Below are positions 10,823-23,634 of a stretch of 32,000 nucleotides of DNA, in pieces. Positions within the stretch are counted from its first letter, which is position 1; each line of letters starts with the position of its first letter. The notes below the pieces were generated by a model. It saw nothing but the letters and a program-made list of their open reading frames with translations. It searched no databases and was not told the DNA's origin. Origin of the DNA: Candidatus Arthromitus sp. SFB-mouse-Japan (GTDB lineage Bacteria; Bacillota; Clostridia; Clostridiales; Clostridiaceae); contig NC_015913.1 in NCBI RefSeq assembly GCF_000270205.1, positions 1,488,029 to 1,520,028 of the forward strand, read 5' to 3'. A program made the position numbers and the translations under genes.

Positions 10823-11254
10823 CTATTCACCACCAACTCTTTCAAAATCTTTTCTAGTCAAAAATTTAGTCTTTACTGGTAATTTATGCGAAGCTAACCT
10901 CATAGCTTCCTTTGCTAATTCTTCTGAAACGCCCGATAATTCAAACATAATCCTTCCCGGTTTAACAACCGCAACAAAAAATTCTGGCGCACCCTTACCA
11001 GATCCCATACGAACTTCAGCTGGTTTTTTAGTAACTGATTTATGAGGGAATATTTTTATATGTAATTTTCCACCTCTTTTTATATATCTATTTATAGCAA
11101 TCCTTGCAGACTCAATTTGATTACCAGTTATCCAAGAAGTACTTGTAGCAACTAAAGCATAATCTCCATAAGCTATCATTGTGCCCGCTTTAGATACGCC
11201 TCTCATTCTACCTTTTTGTACCCTACGATATTTAACTCTTTTAGGCATTAACAT
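10823..11254 (-). CDS. rplP: 50S ribosomal protein L16
   Basis: [11 protein letters not shown] is the usual L16 N-terminus. ATG 11254 lies 10 nt after SD AGGAGG, whereas the ORF-track TTG at 11260 is only 4 nt after it. Confidence 0.95.
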   Translation of the reverse strand: MLMPKRVKYRRVQKGRMRGVSKAGTMIAYGDYALVATSTSWITGNQIESARIAINRYIKRGGKLHIKIFPHKSVTKKPAEVRMGSGKGAPEFFVAVVKPGRIMFELSGVSEELAKEAMRLASHKLPVKTKFLTRKDFERVGGE

Positions 11255-11272
11255 ATACAAAATTCCTCCTTT

Positions 11273-11938
11273 CTAATTTTTATCATCATTAATTAAAGTT
11301 TTTTTAGATAAAACTTCACCTTTATAAATCCAAACCTTAACACCAAGTTTACCATAAGTAGTGTTAGCCTCAGCAAACCCATAATCTATATCAGCTCTTA
11401 AAGTTTGTAATGGTATTGTTCCATCATGATAATGCTCAGTTCTAGCAATATCTGCTCCACCCAATCTTCCTGAAACAGCAGTTTTTATTCCTAAAACTCT
11501 CATTTTCATAGTTCTTTGCATTGCCTGTTTCATAGCTCTCCTAAACGATACTCTTCTTTCTAATTGCAAAGCTATATTTTCAGCAACTAACTGTGCATCT
11601 GTATCATATGATTTAATCTCAACTATATTTATTACAATTGAACTACCAGCTGAATCTATCTTTTGAATCTCTGATTTAACAATTTCAATTCCAGCTCCAC
11701 CTTTTCCAATAATAACACCAGGTCGTGCCGTATATATATTTATTTTTAACTTCTTTACACTTCTCTCAATCTCTATCTTTGATATTCCTGCAGAATAATA
11801 CTTATTCTTAATTACTTTCCTAATTTGAAAATCTTCAAACAAATACCTGGAAAAATCTTTTTTATCTGCATACCATCTAGAAGACCAATCTTTAATAACT
11901 CCCACTCTTAGACCATGAGGATTAACTTTTTGACCCAT
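11273..11938 (-). CDS. rpsC: 30S ribosomal protein S3
   Basis: [13 protein letters not shown] is the usual S3 N-terminus. ATG 11938 lies 10 nt after GGAGG. The ORF-track start at 11974 would overlap rplV. Confidence 0.95.
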   Translation of the reverse strand: MGQKVNPHGLRVGVIKDWSSRWYADKKDFSRYLFEDFQIRKVIKNKYYSAGISKIEIERSVKKLKINIYTARPGVIIGKGGAGIEIVKSEIQKIDSAGSSIVINIVEIKSYDTDAQLVAENIALQLERRVSFRRAMKQAMQRTMKMRVLGIKTAVSGRLGGADIARTEHYHDGTIPLQTLRADIDYGFAEANTTYGKLGVKVWIYKGEVLSKKTLINDDKN

Positions 11939-11954
11939 TCTATTATTACCTCCT

Positions 11955-12293
11955 TTATTTGCTATTTTCTCCAACTATTATAGTAATATGGCTAGTTCTT
12001 TTATTAATTCTAAATGCTCTACCCTGAGCTCTTGGTTGAAACCTTTTTAATATAGGACCATTATTAACATAAGCAGACTTAACAATTAATAAATTTCGAT
12101 CCATATTATTATTATTTTCCGCATTTGAAACTGCTGATTTTAAAACTTTTTCTATAACGGCAGCCGCTCTTCTATTTGTATATAACAAAATAGAATATGC
12201 TTCCTTAATCGATTTGCCTCTTATTAGTTTTAATACAACATTTATTTTCATAGGAGACATTCTTACATATTTGGCTATAGCTTTTGTATCCAT
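11955..12293 (-). CDS. rplV: 50S ribosomal protein L22
   Basis: The 112 aa ORF contains [19 protein letters not shown], an L22 signature. Confidence 0.97.
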   Translation of the reverse strand: MDTKAIAKYVRMSPMKINVVLKLIRGKSIKEAYSILLYTNRRAAAVIEKVLKSAVSNAENNNNMDRNLLIVKSAYVNNGPILKRFQPRAQGRAFRINKRTSHITIIVGENSK

Positions 12294-12315
12294 AACAACA
12301 ACTCCTTTCTATATA

Positions 12316-12594
12316 TTATCTAACTCTAGATGTCTTCTGATCAACATGACCTTTATAAGTTCTTGTTAACGCAAATTCACCCAATTTATGACCAACCATA
12401 TCTTCAGTTATATAAACTGGTACATGTTTTCTTCCATCATGAACAGCAATTGTATGGCCTATCATTTCTGGAAATATTGTAGAACTTCTGGACCATGTTT
12501 TTATCACTTTTTTTTCACTGTTCTTATTCATCATGACAATTCTATCTAAAAGAATCTTTTGAACAAAAGGACCTTTTTTAGCAGATCTTCCCAA
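12316..12594 (-). CDS. rpsS: 30S ribosomal protein S19
   Basis: The 92 aa ORF has a TTG start and SD GGAGGT. It contains [23 protein letters not shown], an S19 signature. Confidence 0.96.
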   Translation of the reverse strand: MGRSAKKGPFVQKILLDRIVMMNKNSEKKVIKTWSRSSTIFPEMIGHTIAVHDGRKHVPVYITEDMVGHKLGEFALTRTYKGHVDQKTSRVR

Positions 12595-12617
12595 TATTTA
12601 AACCTCCTATCATCTAT

Positions 12618-13445
12618 CTATTTTCTTTTTCTTACTATTAAATTATCAGAATACTTTTTATTTCTTCGGGTCTTATAGCCAAGAGTTGGAACTCCCCAAG
12701 GAGATACAGGCGACGGTCTTCCAATCGGGCTTCTTCCTTCCCCTCCTCCATGTGGATGATCACAAGGATTCATAACAGATCCTCGAACTGTTGGTCTTAT
12801 ACCTTTATTCCTATTTCTTCCAGCCTTACCCATGCTAATTATTGAATGTGATTCATTAGATAAAATACCTATAGTAGCTCTACACTCTATTCTTACATAT
12901 CTCATTTCACCACTTGGTAACCTAAGTGTAGCATAACTTCCCTCTTTAGCCATTAATTGAGCAGATAAACCAGCAGATCTAACTATTTGACCACCTTTGC
13001 CCTTTTTTAATTCAATATTATGGATCATTGTACCAACTGGTATACTACTCAATGGCAAACAATTCCCAGGCTTAATATCCGCATTAATCCCAGAAAATAT
13101 CTTATCTCCAACATTTAATCCATTCGGAGTTAATATATACCTCTTTTCACCATCTGCATAAGCTATTAAAGATATAAAAGTTGATCTATTTGGATCGTAC
13201 TCAATTGTTTTAACCAAGCCAGCTATATCATCTTTATTTCTCTTAAAATCAATTATCCTATACTTTCTTTTATTGCCACCACCCTTATGTCTAACCGTTA
13301 TCTTTCCCTGAGCATTTCTTCCACCACTTTTTCTCAGACCATAAACCAGAGATTTTTCAGGTTTATTAGTAGTTATTTCCTCATAAGAATTTACAGTCAT
13401 ATTTCTACGCGAAGCTGTTGTTGGCTTTAATTTTTTTACTCCCAA
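12618..13445 (-). CDS. rplB: 50S ribosomal protein L2
   Basis: The 275 aa ORF has a TTG start and SD GAGGAGG. It contains [16 protein letters not shown], an L2 signature. Confidence 0.97.
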   Translation of the reverse strand: MGVKKLKPTTASRRNMTVNSYEEITTNKPEKSLVYGLRKSGGRNAQGKITVRHKGGGNKRKYRIIDFKRNKDDIAGLVKTIEYDPNRSTFISLIAYADGEKRYILTPNGLNVGDKIFSGINADIKPGNCLPLSSIPVGTMIHNIELKKGKGGQIVRSAGLSAQLMAKEGSYATLRLPSGEMRYVRIECRATIGILSNESHSIISMGKAGRNRNKGIRPTVRGSVMNPCDHPHGGGEGRSPIGRPSPVSPWGVPTLGYKTRRNKKYSDNLIVRKRK

Positions 13446-13469
13446 AGTTCATTACCTCCTCATAACAAA

Positions 13470-13775
13470 TTACTCCATAGAATTCATTGAATTAAAAAAT
13501 TCTATTCCATTACTATCTGGCGTAAGTTGAACTATAGCCTTTTTATAATCAGATCTTTTACCCAGATTAAATCGTATCCTTTTCTTTTTCCCACTATAAT
13601 TCATAGTAAAAACTCTATCTACTTTAACTCCAAATATAGCTTCAATTGCATTCCTAACTTGTATCTTATTAGCACTCTTCTTTACAATAAATGTATACTT
13701 CCTATCAACCATAATAGACATGCTTTTCTCTGTTATTATAGGTCTTATAATTATATCATAATCTGTTAATTTCAA
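13470..13775 (-). CDS. rplW: 50S ribosomal protein L23
   Basis: The 101 aa ORF has a TTG start overlapping the rplD stop (TTGA). [10 protein letters not shown] is typical of L23. Confidence 0.93.
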   Translation of the reverse strand: MKLTDYDIIIRPIITEKSMSIMVDRKYTFIVKKSANKIQVRNAIEAIFGVKVDRVFTMNYSGKKKRIRFNLGKRSDYKKAIVQLTPDSNGIEFFNSMNSME

Positions 13776-14398
13776 TTCGAATACACCTCCTCAAGTTTTC
13801 TAACTGCACCTTGAGTCATAACAAGCTTATCATACTTTAACAAATCATAAACATTTATATTATTCACAGGAATCACCTTTACATTTTGCAAATTCGTACT
13901 AGATCTGTAAACATTTTTATTAGAAGTTTCAGTAACTAATAACATATTGCTCTCTATATTAAAGTTATTCATAACTTTGACCATCTCTTTAGTTTTAGGA
14001 AAATTAAATGATATACTATCTAAAACTAATAAATTTTCATCCTTAACTTTACTAGTTAATACAGAAGTAATCGCTACTTTTCTTAATGTTTTAGAAACAT
14101 TCATTCTGTAATCTCTTGGTTTAGGTGCAAAAACAACCCCACCATGAATCCATTGCGGTGCCCTTATAGATCCTTGTCTAGCTCTACCCGTACCTTTTTG
14201 TCTCCAAGGCTTTTTACCTCCACCAGAAACTTCAGATCTTGTTTTTGCAGACTGAGTTCCTTGTCTCTTATTAGCTAATTGGGTAACAACAACCTGGTGT
14301 ACAGCATATTTTTTTATTTCCACATCAAATATTTCTTTTAAAAGTTCTAATTCTCCAACCTTTTCCCCACAAATATTATATACTGCTACTTTAGACAT
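13772..14398 (-). CDS. rplD: 50S ribosomal protein L4
   Basis: The 208 aa ORF contains [21 protein letters not shown], an L4 signature. Confidence 0.97.
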   Translation of the reverse strand: MSKVAVYNICGEKVGELELLKEIFDVEIKKYAVHQVVVTQLANKRQGTQSAKTRSEVSGGGKKPWRQKGTGRARQGSIRAPQWIHGGVVFAPKPRDYRMNVSKTLRKVAITSVLTSKVKDENLLVLDSISFNFPKTKEMVKVMNNFNIESNMLLVTETSNKNVYRSSTNLQNVKVIPVNNINVYDLLKYDKLVMTQGAVRKLEEVYSN

Positions 14399-14424
14399 CT
14401 AGTCTCCTCCTTTCATAAAATAAA

Positions 14425-15054
14425 CTAACCTTTTATACAATTTCTAATTTGTACAATTGACTTATTAGGTCCAGGTATGCAACCTTTAATTAACATAATA
14501 TTCTTATCTTCAATAATTTGTACAATTTCAAGGTTTTGCATTGTACATCTCTTACCGCCCATTCTTCCTGGCATTTTCTTGTTTTTAAATGTTCTTGAAG
14601 GATCAGATGAAGCACCCATAGAACCTACAGATCTATGAAATTTAGATCCGTGAGACATTGGACCTCTATGTCCATTCCACCTCTTTATAGTTCCTTGAAA
14701 ACCTTTCCCCTTAGATTTACCTATAACATCTACTTTTTCTCCAACTGAAAATAAATTAATACTAATTTCAGTTCCCACTTCATAAGAAGAACAATCTTCT
14801 AATCTAAGTTCTTTTAAATGCCTTTTTATATCAATTCCTGATTTTTTGAAATGTCCCTTTATAGGGTTATTAACAAGTTTTTCTCTTATAATTCCATACC
14901 CAACTTGTATAGCATTATATCCTTCTTTTTCCTCTTTCTTAACTTGAACTACAACATTCGACTCAACTAAAATAACACTAACCGGAATCATATTACCATC
15001 TTCTGTAAAAATTTGAGTCATTCCGATTTTCTGTCCAAAAATTGCTTTTTTCAC
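14425..15054 (-). CDS. rplC: 50S ribosomal protein L3
   Basis: The 209 aa ORF has a GTG start and SD AGGAGG 9 nt upstream. It contains [16 protein letters not shown], an L3 signature. Confidence 0.97.
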   Translation of the reverse strand: MKKAIFGQKIGMTQIFTEDGNMIPVSVILVESNVVVQVKKEEKEGYNAIQVGYGIIREKLVNNPIKGHFKKSGIDIKRHLKELRLEDCSSYEVGTEISINLFSVGEKVDVIGKSKGKGFQGTIKRWNGHRGPMSHGSKFHRSVGSMGASSDPSRTFKNKKMPGRMGGKRCTMQNLEIVQIIEDKNIMLIKGCIPGPNKSIVQIRNCIKG

Positions 15055-15111
15055 GCTAACTTTCCTCCTTTATGAGCGGATTAAAATATTAATCAATCAT
15101 AAAACCAATCA

Positions 15112-15423
15112 TTATAATTTCAATTCTACATCAACACCTGTTGGAACATCCAACCTCATTAGAGCATCAACAGTTTTAGGCGTAGGATTAACTATATCAA
15201 GCAATCTTTTATGTGTTCTTATTTCAAACTGTTCTCTTGAATCTTTATACTTGTGAGGAGATCTTAATATAGTAATCTTCTCCGTCCTCGTTGGCAACGG
15301 TATTGGTCCACACACCTTAGCTCCAGTATTATTCGCTACCTCAACTATTTTTAAGACAGCATTATCAAGCATTACATGATCAAATGCTTTTAATTTTATT
15401 CTAATTTTCTGATTTAAGCTCAT
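15112..15423 (-). CDS. rpsJ: 30S ribosomal protein S10
   Basis: [16 protein letters not shown] is the usual S10 N-terminus. I moved the start to ATG 15423, 6 nt after SD GGAGGG. The ORF-track start at 15462 lies in the leader. Confidence 0.95.
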   Translation of the reverse strand: MSLNQKIRIKLKAFDHVMLDNAVLKIVEVANNTGAKVCGPIPLPTRTEKITILRSPHKYKDSREQFEIRTHKRLLDIVNPTPKTVDALMRLDVPTGVDVELKL

Positions 15424-15511
15424 TTTTTTCCCTCCTTTTATGGACACATCAAAAAACAACACTACATGATTCTATCCTACAATTGTCTACATATATATGT
15501 ATAACTACTTA

Positions 15512-15540
15512 ATTATACTATAAATAAAAATACAACTCAA
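15512..15540 (-). promoter_or_regulatory. Sigma-A-type promoter of the S10 operon
   Basis: The minus strand reads TTGAGT-tgtatttttatttatag(17 nt)-TATAAT. It lies between the tuf terminator and rpsJ and would give a leader of roughly 80 nt. Confidence 0.6.
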
Positions 15541-15567
15541 TACTTTATTTATTACAATAACAAATAT

Positions 15568-15597
15568 AAAGGGACTAATTAAATTATCAGTCCCTTT
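15568..15597 (-). terminator. Rho-independent terminator after tuf copy 1
   Basis: The minus strand reads AAAGGGACT-gataatttaatt-AGTCCCTTT followed by atatttgttatt. It begins 13 nt after the tuf stop. Confidence 0.7.
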
Positions 15598-15603
15598 AAA
15601 TAT

Positions 15604-16753
15604 ATAAAACTATTTATTTATTTTTGAAACAACCCCAGATCCTACTGTTCTTCCACCTTCTCTTATGGCAAACCTTAATCCCTCATCCATAGCTATCGGA
15701 GTTATCAATTCAACCTCCATATCTATATGATCTCCTGGCATAACCATCTCTTTTCCTTCTGGTAATTTTATATTACCTGTAACATCTGTCGTTCTAAAAT
15801 AAAATTGTGGTCTATATCCATCAAAAAATGGCTTATGTCTACCACCCTCTTCTTTCTTAAGAACATATACTTGACCTATAAAATTTGTATGTGGATTTAC
15901 TGTCCCAGGTTTAGCTAATACCTGACCTCTCTCTATATCAGACCTCTGAATCCCCCTTAACAACGCACCTATATTATCTCCTGCTTGAGCTTCATCTAAT
16001 AATTTCCTAAACATTTCTATCCCAGTAATTACTGTCTTGCTCTTTTCTTCTTTCAATCCTATTATTTCTACTTCCTCTTGCACCTTCAATACACCAGTCT
16101 CTACTCTTCCAGTAGCTACTGTTCCTCTTCCTGTTATAGTAAACACATCCTCAACCGGCATTAAAAAAGGCTTATCCGTAGCTCTCTCAGGCGTAGGAAT
16201 ATAGCTATCTACGGCATCCATTAACTCCATTATACAAGCTGTAGCATCCGTATCAGTAGGATTCTCTAACGCCTTTAATGCTGATCCCTTTATAATAGGT
16301 GTATCATCCCCAGGAAATTTATACTCATTTAATAAATCCCTTACTTCCATCTCTACTAATTCCAATAACTCTTCATCATCAACCATATCAGCTTTATTTA
16401 AAAACACTACTATATAATCAACTCCTACTCTAGAAGCCAACAATATATGTTCTCTTGTCTGTGGCATAGGTCCATCAGCTGCAGATACAACCAATATCGC
16501 ACCATCCATTTGAGCAGCTCCAGTTATCATATTCTTAACATAATCAGCATGCCCCGGACAATCAACATGTGCATAATGCCTTCCATCCGTCTCATACTCA
16601 ACATGCGCTGTATTTATCGTTATACCTCTCTCTTTCTCCTCCGGAGCCTTATCTATCTCGTCATATTTAAATGCTTCAGCATATCCTTTGTTTGCTAATA
16701 CTGTCGTTATAGCCGCTGTCAATGTAGTCTTACCATGATCAACATGTCCTATC
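15604..16753 (-). repeat. Direct repeat unit 1: tuf coding sequence identical to 30851..32000
   Basis: The offset is 15247 nt. Every segment I compared base by base is identical, and the translations of both strands in the ORF track are identical. Identity ends 6 nt past the stop codon. Confidence 0.9.
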
Positions 16754-16803
16754 GTCCCTATATTAACATGCGGTTTATTCCTCTCAAATTTAGCTTTTGA
16801 CAT
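15610..16803 (-). CDS. tuf: Elongation factor Tu (copy 1, str-operon copy)
   Basis: The 397 aa ORF carries [14 protein letters not shown] and NKAD GTPase motifs, and follows fusA. Confidence 0.99.
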   Translation of the reverse strand: MSKAKFERNKPHVNIGTIGHVDHGKTTLTAAITTVLANKGYAEAFKYDEIDKAPEEKERGITINTAHVEYETDGRHYAHVDCPGHADYVKNMITGAAQMDGAILVVSAADGPMPQTREHILLASRVGVDYIVVFLNKADMVDDEELLELVEMEVRDLLNEYKFPGDDTPIIKGSALKALENPTDTDATACIMELMDAVDSYIPTPERATDKPFLMPVEDVFTITGRGTVATGRVETGVLKVQEEVEIIGLKEEKSKTVITGIEMFRKLLDEAQAGDNIGALLRGIQRSDIERGQVLAKPGTVNPHTNFIGQVYVLKKEEGGRHKPFFDGYRPQFYFRTTDVTGNIKLPEGKEMVMPGDHIDMEVELITPIAMDEGLRFAIREGGRTVGSGVVSKINK

Positions 16804-16818
16804 CTCTATAAATACCTC

Positions 16819-18879
16819 CTATTTTTTACTAACTATCTGTTCTTGAATATTTTTTGGCACTTCATCATAATGATCAAATTCCATACTATAAGTACCCCTC
16901 CCTTGAGTTCTAGATCTCAAAACTGTAGCATATCCAAACATTTCAGACATAGGTACTTGTGCTTTTATTATTTGAGCTCCAAATCTTGATTCCATCCCCT
17001 CTATTCTTCCTCTACGAGAGTTCAAATCACCCATTACATCACCCATATATTCTTCAGGCACAGTTACTTCTACTTTAACAATAGGTTCTAATAAAACAGG
17101 ATCTGCCTTAGACATACCATTTTTAAATGCCATAGAACCTGCAAATTCAAATGCCATTTCAGATGAATCAACATCATGATATGATCCATCATGCAATCTA
17201 ACCTTAAAATTAATCGTTGGATAACCTCCTATAACACCATTAAGAGCAGCATTTCTAATGCCATTATCAACAGCTGGTATGTATTCTTTCGGTATTACTC
17301 CACCAACTATTGCATTTTCAAACTCATAATCACCTGAACATGGTATAAGATCTATAACACAATGTCCATACTGACCTCTACCACCAGATTGTCTTATATA
17401 CTTACCTTCACATGTAACTTGTTTTCTTATTGTTTCTTTATAAGCAACCTGAGGTTTCCCTACATTGCAATCAACCTTAAATTCCCTCTGTAATCTATCC
17501 ACGATAATCTCAAGATGCAACTCACCCATTCCAGCTATTATAGTTTGATTTGTTTCCTGATCAGTGTATGTTTTAAATGTAGGATCTTCCTCTGCTAACT
17601 TAGCTAAAGATAGACCCATTTTCTCCTGGCTAGCTTTAGTTTTAGGCTCTATAGCTACGGATATAACTGGCTCTGGGAATTCCATACTCTCAAGTATGAT
17701 TTTCTTTGTATCATCACACAAAGTGTCTCCAGTTGTCGTATCTTTTAATCCAACAATAGCTCCTAAATCCCCAGCTCTTAATTCATCTACTTCCTGCCTA
17801 TGATTAGCATGCATTTTAAGAAGTCTTCCAATTCTCTCTTTTTTGCCTTTCGTAGAATTATAAACATACGATCCACTTTTTAATACTCCAGAATAAACTC
17901 TGGTATATGCAAGCCTTCCAATAAATGGATCAGTCTGTATCTTAAATGCTAAAGCAGACATTGCTATATCATCACTTGCTTCTCTTGAATCTTCATTACC
18001 ATCTAAATCAACACCTTTTACGGCATCAATATCAATAGGTGATGGTAAATACTCAACAGCAGCATCTATCATTTCTTGAACACCTTTGTTTTTATAAGAA
18101 GAACCACATATAACTGGTATAACTTGTATATCAATAACCGCTTTTCTAAGAGCAGTTTTTAGCTCAGATGCACGTATTTCTTCACCTTCTAAAAACTTAA
18201 TCATAAGTTCTTCATCTGTTTCAGCTATTGATTCAATCATAAGTTCTCTATATTTACTAGCATCTTCTTTATATTCTTCTGGAATATCCTCTCTAGAAAC
18301 CTCAGTCCCTAAATCATTTTTATAAATTATAGCAACATTTTCAATCAAATCAATTATTCCTATAAACTCAGATTCACTACCTATAGGTATTTGTACAGGT
18401 ACTGCATTAGCCCTTAATCTATCTTTTATGGAATCTACACAATTATAAAAATTAGCTCCAATAGCATCCATTTTGTTAACATATACTATTCTAGGTACTC
18501 TATATTTATCAGCTTGCCTCCAAACAGTTTCAGTTTGTGGCTCAACACCACTTTTAGCATCAAGAACGGCTACAGCACCATCTAAAACTCTCAATGATCT
18601 TTCAACCTCAACTGTAAAATCAACATGACCAGGAGTATCTATAATATTTATCACATAATCCTTCCATTGGCAAGTTGTTGCTGCTGAAGTTATTGTTATG
18701 CCTCTCTCTTGTTCCTGAACCATCCAGTCCATGGTAGCCTGCCCTTCATGAACTTCACCTATTTTGTGAGTCTTACCTGTATAAAATAAAATCCTCTCCG
18801 TTGTGGTAGTTTTACCAGCATCTATATGAGCCATAATTCCAATATTCCTAAATTTTTCTAGTGGAAATTCTCTAGCCAT
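16819..18879 (-). CDS. fusA: Elongation factor G
   Basis: The 686 aa ORF begins [31 protein letters not shown] and contains DTPGHVDF. Confidence 0.99.
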   Translation of the reverse strand: MAREFPLEKFRNIGIMAHIDAGKTTTTERILFYTGKTHKIGEVHEGQATMDWMVQEQERGITITSAATTCQWKDYVINIIDTPGHVDFTVEVERSLRVLDGAVAVLDAKSGVEPQTETVWRQADKYRVPRIVYVNKMDAIGANFYNCVDSIKDRLRANAVPVQIPIGSESEFIGIIDLIENVAIIYKNDLGTEVSREDIPEEYKEDASKYRELMIESIAETDEELMIKFLEGEEIRASELKTALRKAVIDIQVIPVICGSSYKNKGVQEMIDAAVEYLPSPIDIDAVKGVDLDGNEDSREASDDIAMSALAFKIQTDPFIGRLAYTRVYSGVLKSGSYVYNSTKGKKERIGRLLKMHANHRQEVDELRAGDLGAIVGLKDTTTGDTLCDDTKKIILESMEFPEPVISVAIEPKTKASQEKMGLSLAKLAEEDPTFKTYTDQETNQTIIAGMGELHLEIIVDRLQREFKVDCNVGKPQVAYKETIRKQVTCEGKYIRQSGGRGQYGHCVIDLIPCSGDYEFENAIVGGVIPKEYIPAVDNGIRNAALNGVIGGYPTINFKVRLHDGSYHDVDSSEMAFEFAGSMAFKNGMSKADPVLLEPIVKVEVTVPEEYMGDVMGDLNSRRGRIEGMESRFGAQIIKAQVPMSEMFGYATVLRSRTQGRGTYSMEFDHYDEVPKNIQEQIVSKK

Positions 18880-18934
18880 AATTCGCCTCCATTTAATATG
18901 AACTTTGTGTATTTAATTATCAAAAAATATATAT

Positions 18935-18972
18935 AGTAATAAAACTGTTTTGATCGCTACAACCAAAACAGT
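18935..18972 (-). terminator. Weak hairpin plus U-rich tract between rpsG and fusA (possible attenuator or processing site)
   Basis: The minus strand reads ACTGTTTTG-gttgtagcgat-CAAAACAGT (9 bp, 3 G-C pairs) followed by TTTATTACTAT. Confidence 0.3.
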
Positions 18973-18985
18973 AAATATTAAATAC

Positions 18986-19522
<537 letters not shown>

Positions 19523-19534
19523 TTATATATATGT

Positions 19535-19918
19535 TTATTTAGCAGATTTCTTAGCTTTCTTAGTTCCATATTTTGATCTTGCTTGCATTTTATCTTGCAC
19601 ACCTGCAGAATCAAGAGCTCCTCTTATTATATGGTATCTAACTCCTGGTAAGTCCTTTACTCTCCCACCTCTTATCAAAACAACACTATGCTCTTGTAGG
19701 TTATGTCCCTCTCCAGGTATATATGCCGTAACTTCGTAACCGTTACTTAATCTAACCCTAGCAACTTTTCTTAAAGCTGAATTAGGTTTTTTAGGGGTCA
19801 TAGTTTTAACCAATGTACAAACTCCCCTAACTTGCGGACATCCTTTCATAGCTGGAGCTGTTGATTTATATGCTACTTTCTTTCTACCTTTTCTGATCAA
19901 TTGATTAATAGTTGGCAT
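19535..19918 (-). CDS. rpsL: 30S ribosomal protein S12
   Basis: [12 protein letters not shown] is the usual S12 N-terminus. The [11 protein letters not shown] and [10 protein letters not shown] motifs are wild type. The ORF-track start is a GTG inside SD GAGGTG. Confidence 0.97.
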   Translation of the reverse strand: MPTINQLIRKGRKKVAYKSTAPAMKGCPQVRGVCTLVKTMTPKKPNSALRKVARVRLSNGYEVTAYIPGEGHNLQEHSVVLIRGGRVKDLPGVRYHIIRGALDSAGVQDKMQARSKYGTKKAKKSAK

Positions 19919-20012
19919 TATTATCACCTCTTTCTAATTCTTATTAAAACTAAAATAACTCGAACAAAATAAATAAAACTTTTTACCAAATGAATTAATT
20001 ATTAACTTAAGT

Positions 20013-20041
20013 ATTTTAACACCCTAGATATATTAAGTCAA
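20013..20041 (-). promoter_or_regulatory. Sigma-A-type promoter of the str operon (rpsL-rpsG-fusA-tuf)
   Basis: The minus strand reads TTGACT-taatatatctagggtgt(17 nt)-TAAAAT with a TGn extended -10. It starts 15 nt after the rpoC stop, and no hairpin precedes it. Confidence 0.6.
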
Positions 20042-20055
20042 TACATACAGGAATA

Positions 20056-23000
20056 TCAAACCATAGTGTATTCAAGATTATCATCATTCCCATAATTTAT
20101 TTTCATAGATCTATAATGATTCATTCCTGTCCCTGCAGGTATTAATTTACCTATTATTACATTTTCCTTTAATCCTATCAAGGGATCTATCTTTCCTTTT
20201 ATTGCAGCATCAGTTAATACTTTTGTGGTTTCTTGAAATGATGCTGCTGATAAGAAAGATTCAGTAGATAAAGATGCTTTTGTTATTCCAAGCAAAACCC
20301 TCTCACATTCAGCCTCATTGAGTCCATCATCTTTAACTCGTTTATTTTCATCATTAAAATATGATATATCAACAATAGAATTCGGAAGTATTTCTGTATC
20401 ACCTGCCTCCACAACTCTAACTTTTCTAGTCATCTGCTTTATTATGACCTCAAGATGTTTATCATTTATGTCAACACCCTGTAATCTATAAACTTTTTGA
20501 ACCTCAGATAATAAATATTCCCTAACAGCATCTATTCCTTTTATTCTTAATATATCTTGTGGATTTATAGATCCCTCAGTAATTATAGAACCCGCTTCTA
20601 TACGCATACCATTTTCAACCTTCACCCTAGATCCAAAAGGTATATCGTACTCCCTAAATTCTCCCTCATTAGATACAATCTTAACAAGTCTCTTTTTCTT
20701 AGTATTTTCAAACTCTACAATGCCATCTATTTCCGAAACTATAGCAAGCCCCTTCGGTTTTCTTGCTTCAAATAATTCTTCAACTCTAGGTAACCCTTGA
20801 GTTATATCCGCACCGACAACTCCTCCTGTATGGAATGTCCTCATTGTAAGCTGTGTACCAGGCTCACCTATGGATTGAGCAGCAATTATCCCAACCGATT
20901 CTCCTATGCTTATCTCTCTTGCAGTTGCCATATTCATGCCATAACACTTAGCACAAACACCAATTCTAGAATCACAAGTAAATACACTTCTTATTTTGAC
21001 CTTCAATATTTTTTCACTTTCTTCTCTATCAGTATCTTCATTAATATCAGCTATAATTTTAGCCATACTATTAGTTATATATTGGTCTCTTTTAATTAAA
21101 ATCCTATTACTTTTAGGATCTATTATATCCTCAGCTACATATCTCCCTATAAGTCTCTCACTTAAACTTTCAACAATAGAATTATCATCCTTAATCTCAC
21201 TTACATAAATTCCATCAACACTCCCACAATCTTCACTTCTTATTATAACATCTTGACTTACATCAACTAATCTCCTTGTTAAATATCCAGAATCTGCTGT
21301 TTTCAAAGCTGTATCAGCATTCCCTTTTCTAGCCCCATGCGTTGATGTAAAATACTCTAAAACATCAAGTCCCTCTCTAAAAGAAGCCTTAATTGGGAGC
21401 TCTATTATTTTACCCGATGGATTACTCATAAGCCCTCTCATTCCAGCAAGTTGTTTTATCTGACTTTTAGATCCTCTAGCTCCTGAATCTGCCATCATCG
21501 ATATAGGATTAAATTTATCCATACTATTCATAAGCACATCTGCTATTTTATCGGTTGTGCTATTCCAAATCTCTATAACTGAATTATATCTCTCATCTTC
21601 AGTCATCAATCCACGTCTAAACTTTTTACTCACTGTATCAACTTTTTCTTCTGATTCCCTAATTATATTTTCCTTTTCTGTAGGAACTATCATATCAGAT
21701 GCAGCAACTGTTATTGCCCCTATAGTAGAATAATGATATCCCTTAGTTTTAATTTGATCAAGCATAGATGCGGTTTCAGATGGACCATGTTTTAAATAAC
21801 ATCTATCTACTATTTCTGTTAACTTACCTTTATTAACAAGAAAATCTATTTCAAACTCAAATAAATTTTCTTCCTTTTCCCTATCGACAAAACCCAGATC
21901 TTGAGGTATAGATTCATTAAATATAATTTTACCTACAGTTGTTTCTATTAATTTAGATTTTTTTTCACCATTTATCTCTTTCTCAACCCTTAGTTTTATC
22001 TTTTCATGTATATTTAAATACCCCAATTCAAAGGCCATTATAGCTTCTTCAGAATTCGAATAACTCTTTATATCCCTATCATTAAATGAAGGGTTATCCA
22101 TAGTTAAATAATATGATCCTAATATCATATCTTGAGACGGAACACATACTGGTTTACCATCAGAAGGTTTCAATATATTAACAGCTGCTAACATTAAAAA
22201 TCGAGCTTCAGCTTGTGCCTCCATAGATAAAGGTACATGAACAGCCATCTGATCTCCATCAAAATCCGCATTATAAGCCGTACAAACGAGTGGGTGCAAT
22301 TTTATTGCCCTACCCTCAACTAAAACTGGTTGAAATGCTTGAATTCCCAATCTATGTAGTGTTGGTGCTCTGTTTAATAACACTGGATGATCAGTTATAA
22401 CTTCCTCTAATATATCCCAAACTTGATTCATATTTTTTTCAACCATTCTTTTTGCTGCTTTAATATTATGAGCAATACCTGAATCTACTAATTTCTTCAT
22501 CACAAATGGCTTAAAAAGTTCCAAGGCCATCTCTTTAGGTAATCCACATTGATACAATTTCAACTCTGGACCAACAACTATTACAGACCTTCCAGAATAA
22601 TCGACACGTTTACCTAAAAGATTCTGTCTAAACCTTCCCTGCTTTCCTTTAAGCATATCTGATAAAGATTTAAGCGGCCTATTCCCAGGTCCAGTTACAG
22701 GTCTACCTCTCCTACCATTATCTATTAAAGCATCAACAGATTCTTGAAGCATCCTCTTCTCATTTCTTACTATTATATCTGGTGCTTTTAAATCCAATAA
22801 TTTTTTTAACCTATTATTTCTATTTATAACTCTTCTATATAAATCATTTAAATCTGATGTGGCAAACCTTCCACCGTCTAACATTACCATAGGTCTAAGT
22901 TCAGGAGGTATAACTGGTATAACGTCTATTATCATCCACTCCGGTTTATTATTAGATTTCCTAAAAGACTCAACTACTTCAAGTCTCCTAATAACTCTAG

Positions 23001-23616
23001 CCTTCTTTTGACCAGTACTATTTTTCAATTCTTCCTTAAGTTTATTTGATAAACTATCTAAATCTAAATCCATAAGAAGTTGTTTTATTGCCTCTGCTCC
23101 CATGCCAACCTCAAATGAACCTTCCCCAAACTTCTCACTATATTCCCTAAAATCTTTCTCTGATAATATTTGCCCTTTTTGTAGTAAAGTAACTTCCTTC
23201 GGATCTAATACAACATACGATGCAAAATAAAGTATTTTTTCTAAAACCCTTGCCTGCATTTCAAGTAACAAAGCCATTTTTGATGGAGTACCCTTAAAAT
23301 ACCATATATGTGATACAGATGTTGCTAATTCAATGTGACCCATTCTTTCACGTCTAACCTTTGATTTAGTAACCTCCACACCACATCTATCACAAACAAT
23401 ACCCTTATACCTAACTCTCTTATACTTTCCACAGTGACATTCCCAATCTTTAGTAGGTCCAAATATTCTCTCACAAAAAAGACCATCTCTTTCTGGTTTT
23501 AAAGTCCTATAATTTATAGTCTCGGGTTTTTTAACCTCTCCCCTAGACCACTCTCTAATTTGCTCAGGAGATGCTAAACCTATTCTTATGGCATCAAAAT
23601 TATTCAACTCAACCAC
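20056..23616 (-). CDS. rpoC: DNA-directed RNA polymerase subunit beta'
   Basis: The 1186 aa ORF has a GTG start. It carries the zinc motif [20 protein letters not shown] and the catalytic [12 protein letters not shown]. Confidence 0.99.
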   Translation of the reverse strand: MVELNNFDAIRIGLASPEQIREWSRGEVKKPETINYRTLKPERDGLFCERIFGPTKDWECHCGKYKRVRYKGIVCDRCGVEVTKSKVRRERMGHIELATSVSHIWYFKGTPSKMALLLEMQARVLEKILYFASYVVLDPKEVTLLQKGQILSEKDFREYSEKFGEGSFEVGMGAEAIKQLLMDLDLDSLSNKLKEELKNSTGQKKARVIRRLEVVESFRKSNNKPEWMIIDVIPVIPPELRPMVMLDGGRFATSDLNDLYRRVINRNNRLKKLLDLKAPDIIVRNEKRMLQESVDALIDNGRRGRPVTGPGNRPLKSLSDMLKGKQGRFRQNLLGKRVDYSGRSVIVVGPELKLYQCGLPKEMALELFKPFVMKKLVDSGIAHNIKAAKRMVEKNMNQVWDILEEVITDHPVLLNRAPTLHRLGIQAFQPVLVEGRAIKLHPLVCTAYNADFDGDQMAVHVPLSMEAQAEARFLMLAAVNILKPSDGKPVCVPSQDMILGSYYLTMDNPSFNDRDIKSYSNSEEAIMAFELGYLNIHEKIKLRVEKEINGEKKSKLIETTVGKIIFNESIPQDLGFVDREKEENLFEFEIDFLVNKGKLTEIVDRCYLKHGPSETASMLDQIKTKGYHYSTIGAITVAASDMIVPTEKENIIRESEEKVDTVSKKFRRGLMTEDERYNSVIEIWNSTTDKIADVLMNSMDKFNPISMMADSGARGSKSQIKQLAGMRGLMSNPSGKIIELPIKASFREGLDVLEYFTSTHGARKGNADTALKTADSGYLTRRLVDVSQDVIIRSEDCGSVDGIYVSEIKDDNSIVESLSERLIGRYVAEDIIDPKSNRILIKRDQYITNSMAKIIADINEDTDREESEKILKVKIRSVFTCDSRIGVCAKCYGMNMATAREISIGESVGIIAAQSIGEPGTQLTMRTFHTGGVVGADITQGLPRVEELFEARKPKGLAIVSEIDGIVEFENTKKKRLVKIVSNEGEFREYDIPFGSRVKVENGMRIEAGSIITEGSINPQDILRIKGIDAVREYLLSEVQKVYRLQGVDINDKHLEVIIKQMTRKVRVVEAGDTEILPNSIVDISYFNDENKRVKDDGLNEAECERVLLGITKASLSTESFLSAASFQETTKVLTDAAIKGKIDPLIGLKENVIIGKLIPAGTGMNHYRSMKINYGNDDNLEYTMV

Positions 23617-23634
23617 TAATAAATCTACTCCTTC

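Noticed and set aside
15055-15111. A direct repeat ATGATTG(gtttt)ATGATTG in the rpsJ-rplC spacer.
   Set aside because: It is a 7 nt repeat in AT-rich DNA with no pairing potential and no known associated function, so it is probably chance.
18880-18935. A possible internal promoter for fusA (TTGATA ... CATATT / TATTAA).
   Set aside because: The spacer is either 19 nt or the -10 is poor, and the predicted start would fall on top of the fusA SD. It is most likely a chance match in AT-rich sequence.
19535-19918. A check of S12, and also S5, L4, L22, L11 and S10, for classical antibiotic-resistance substitutions.
   Set aside because: The relevant motifs appear wild type: S12 [11 protein letters not shown] and [11 protein letters not shown]4 [13 protein letters not shown]22 [18 protein letters not shown]5 [10 protein letters not shown], and L11 PPVGPALG. 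Only RpoB shows a resistance-type residue.
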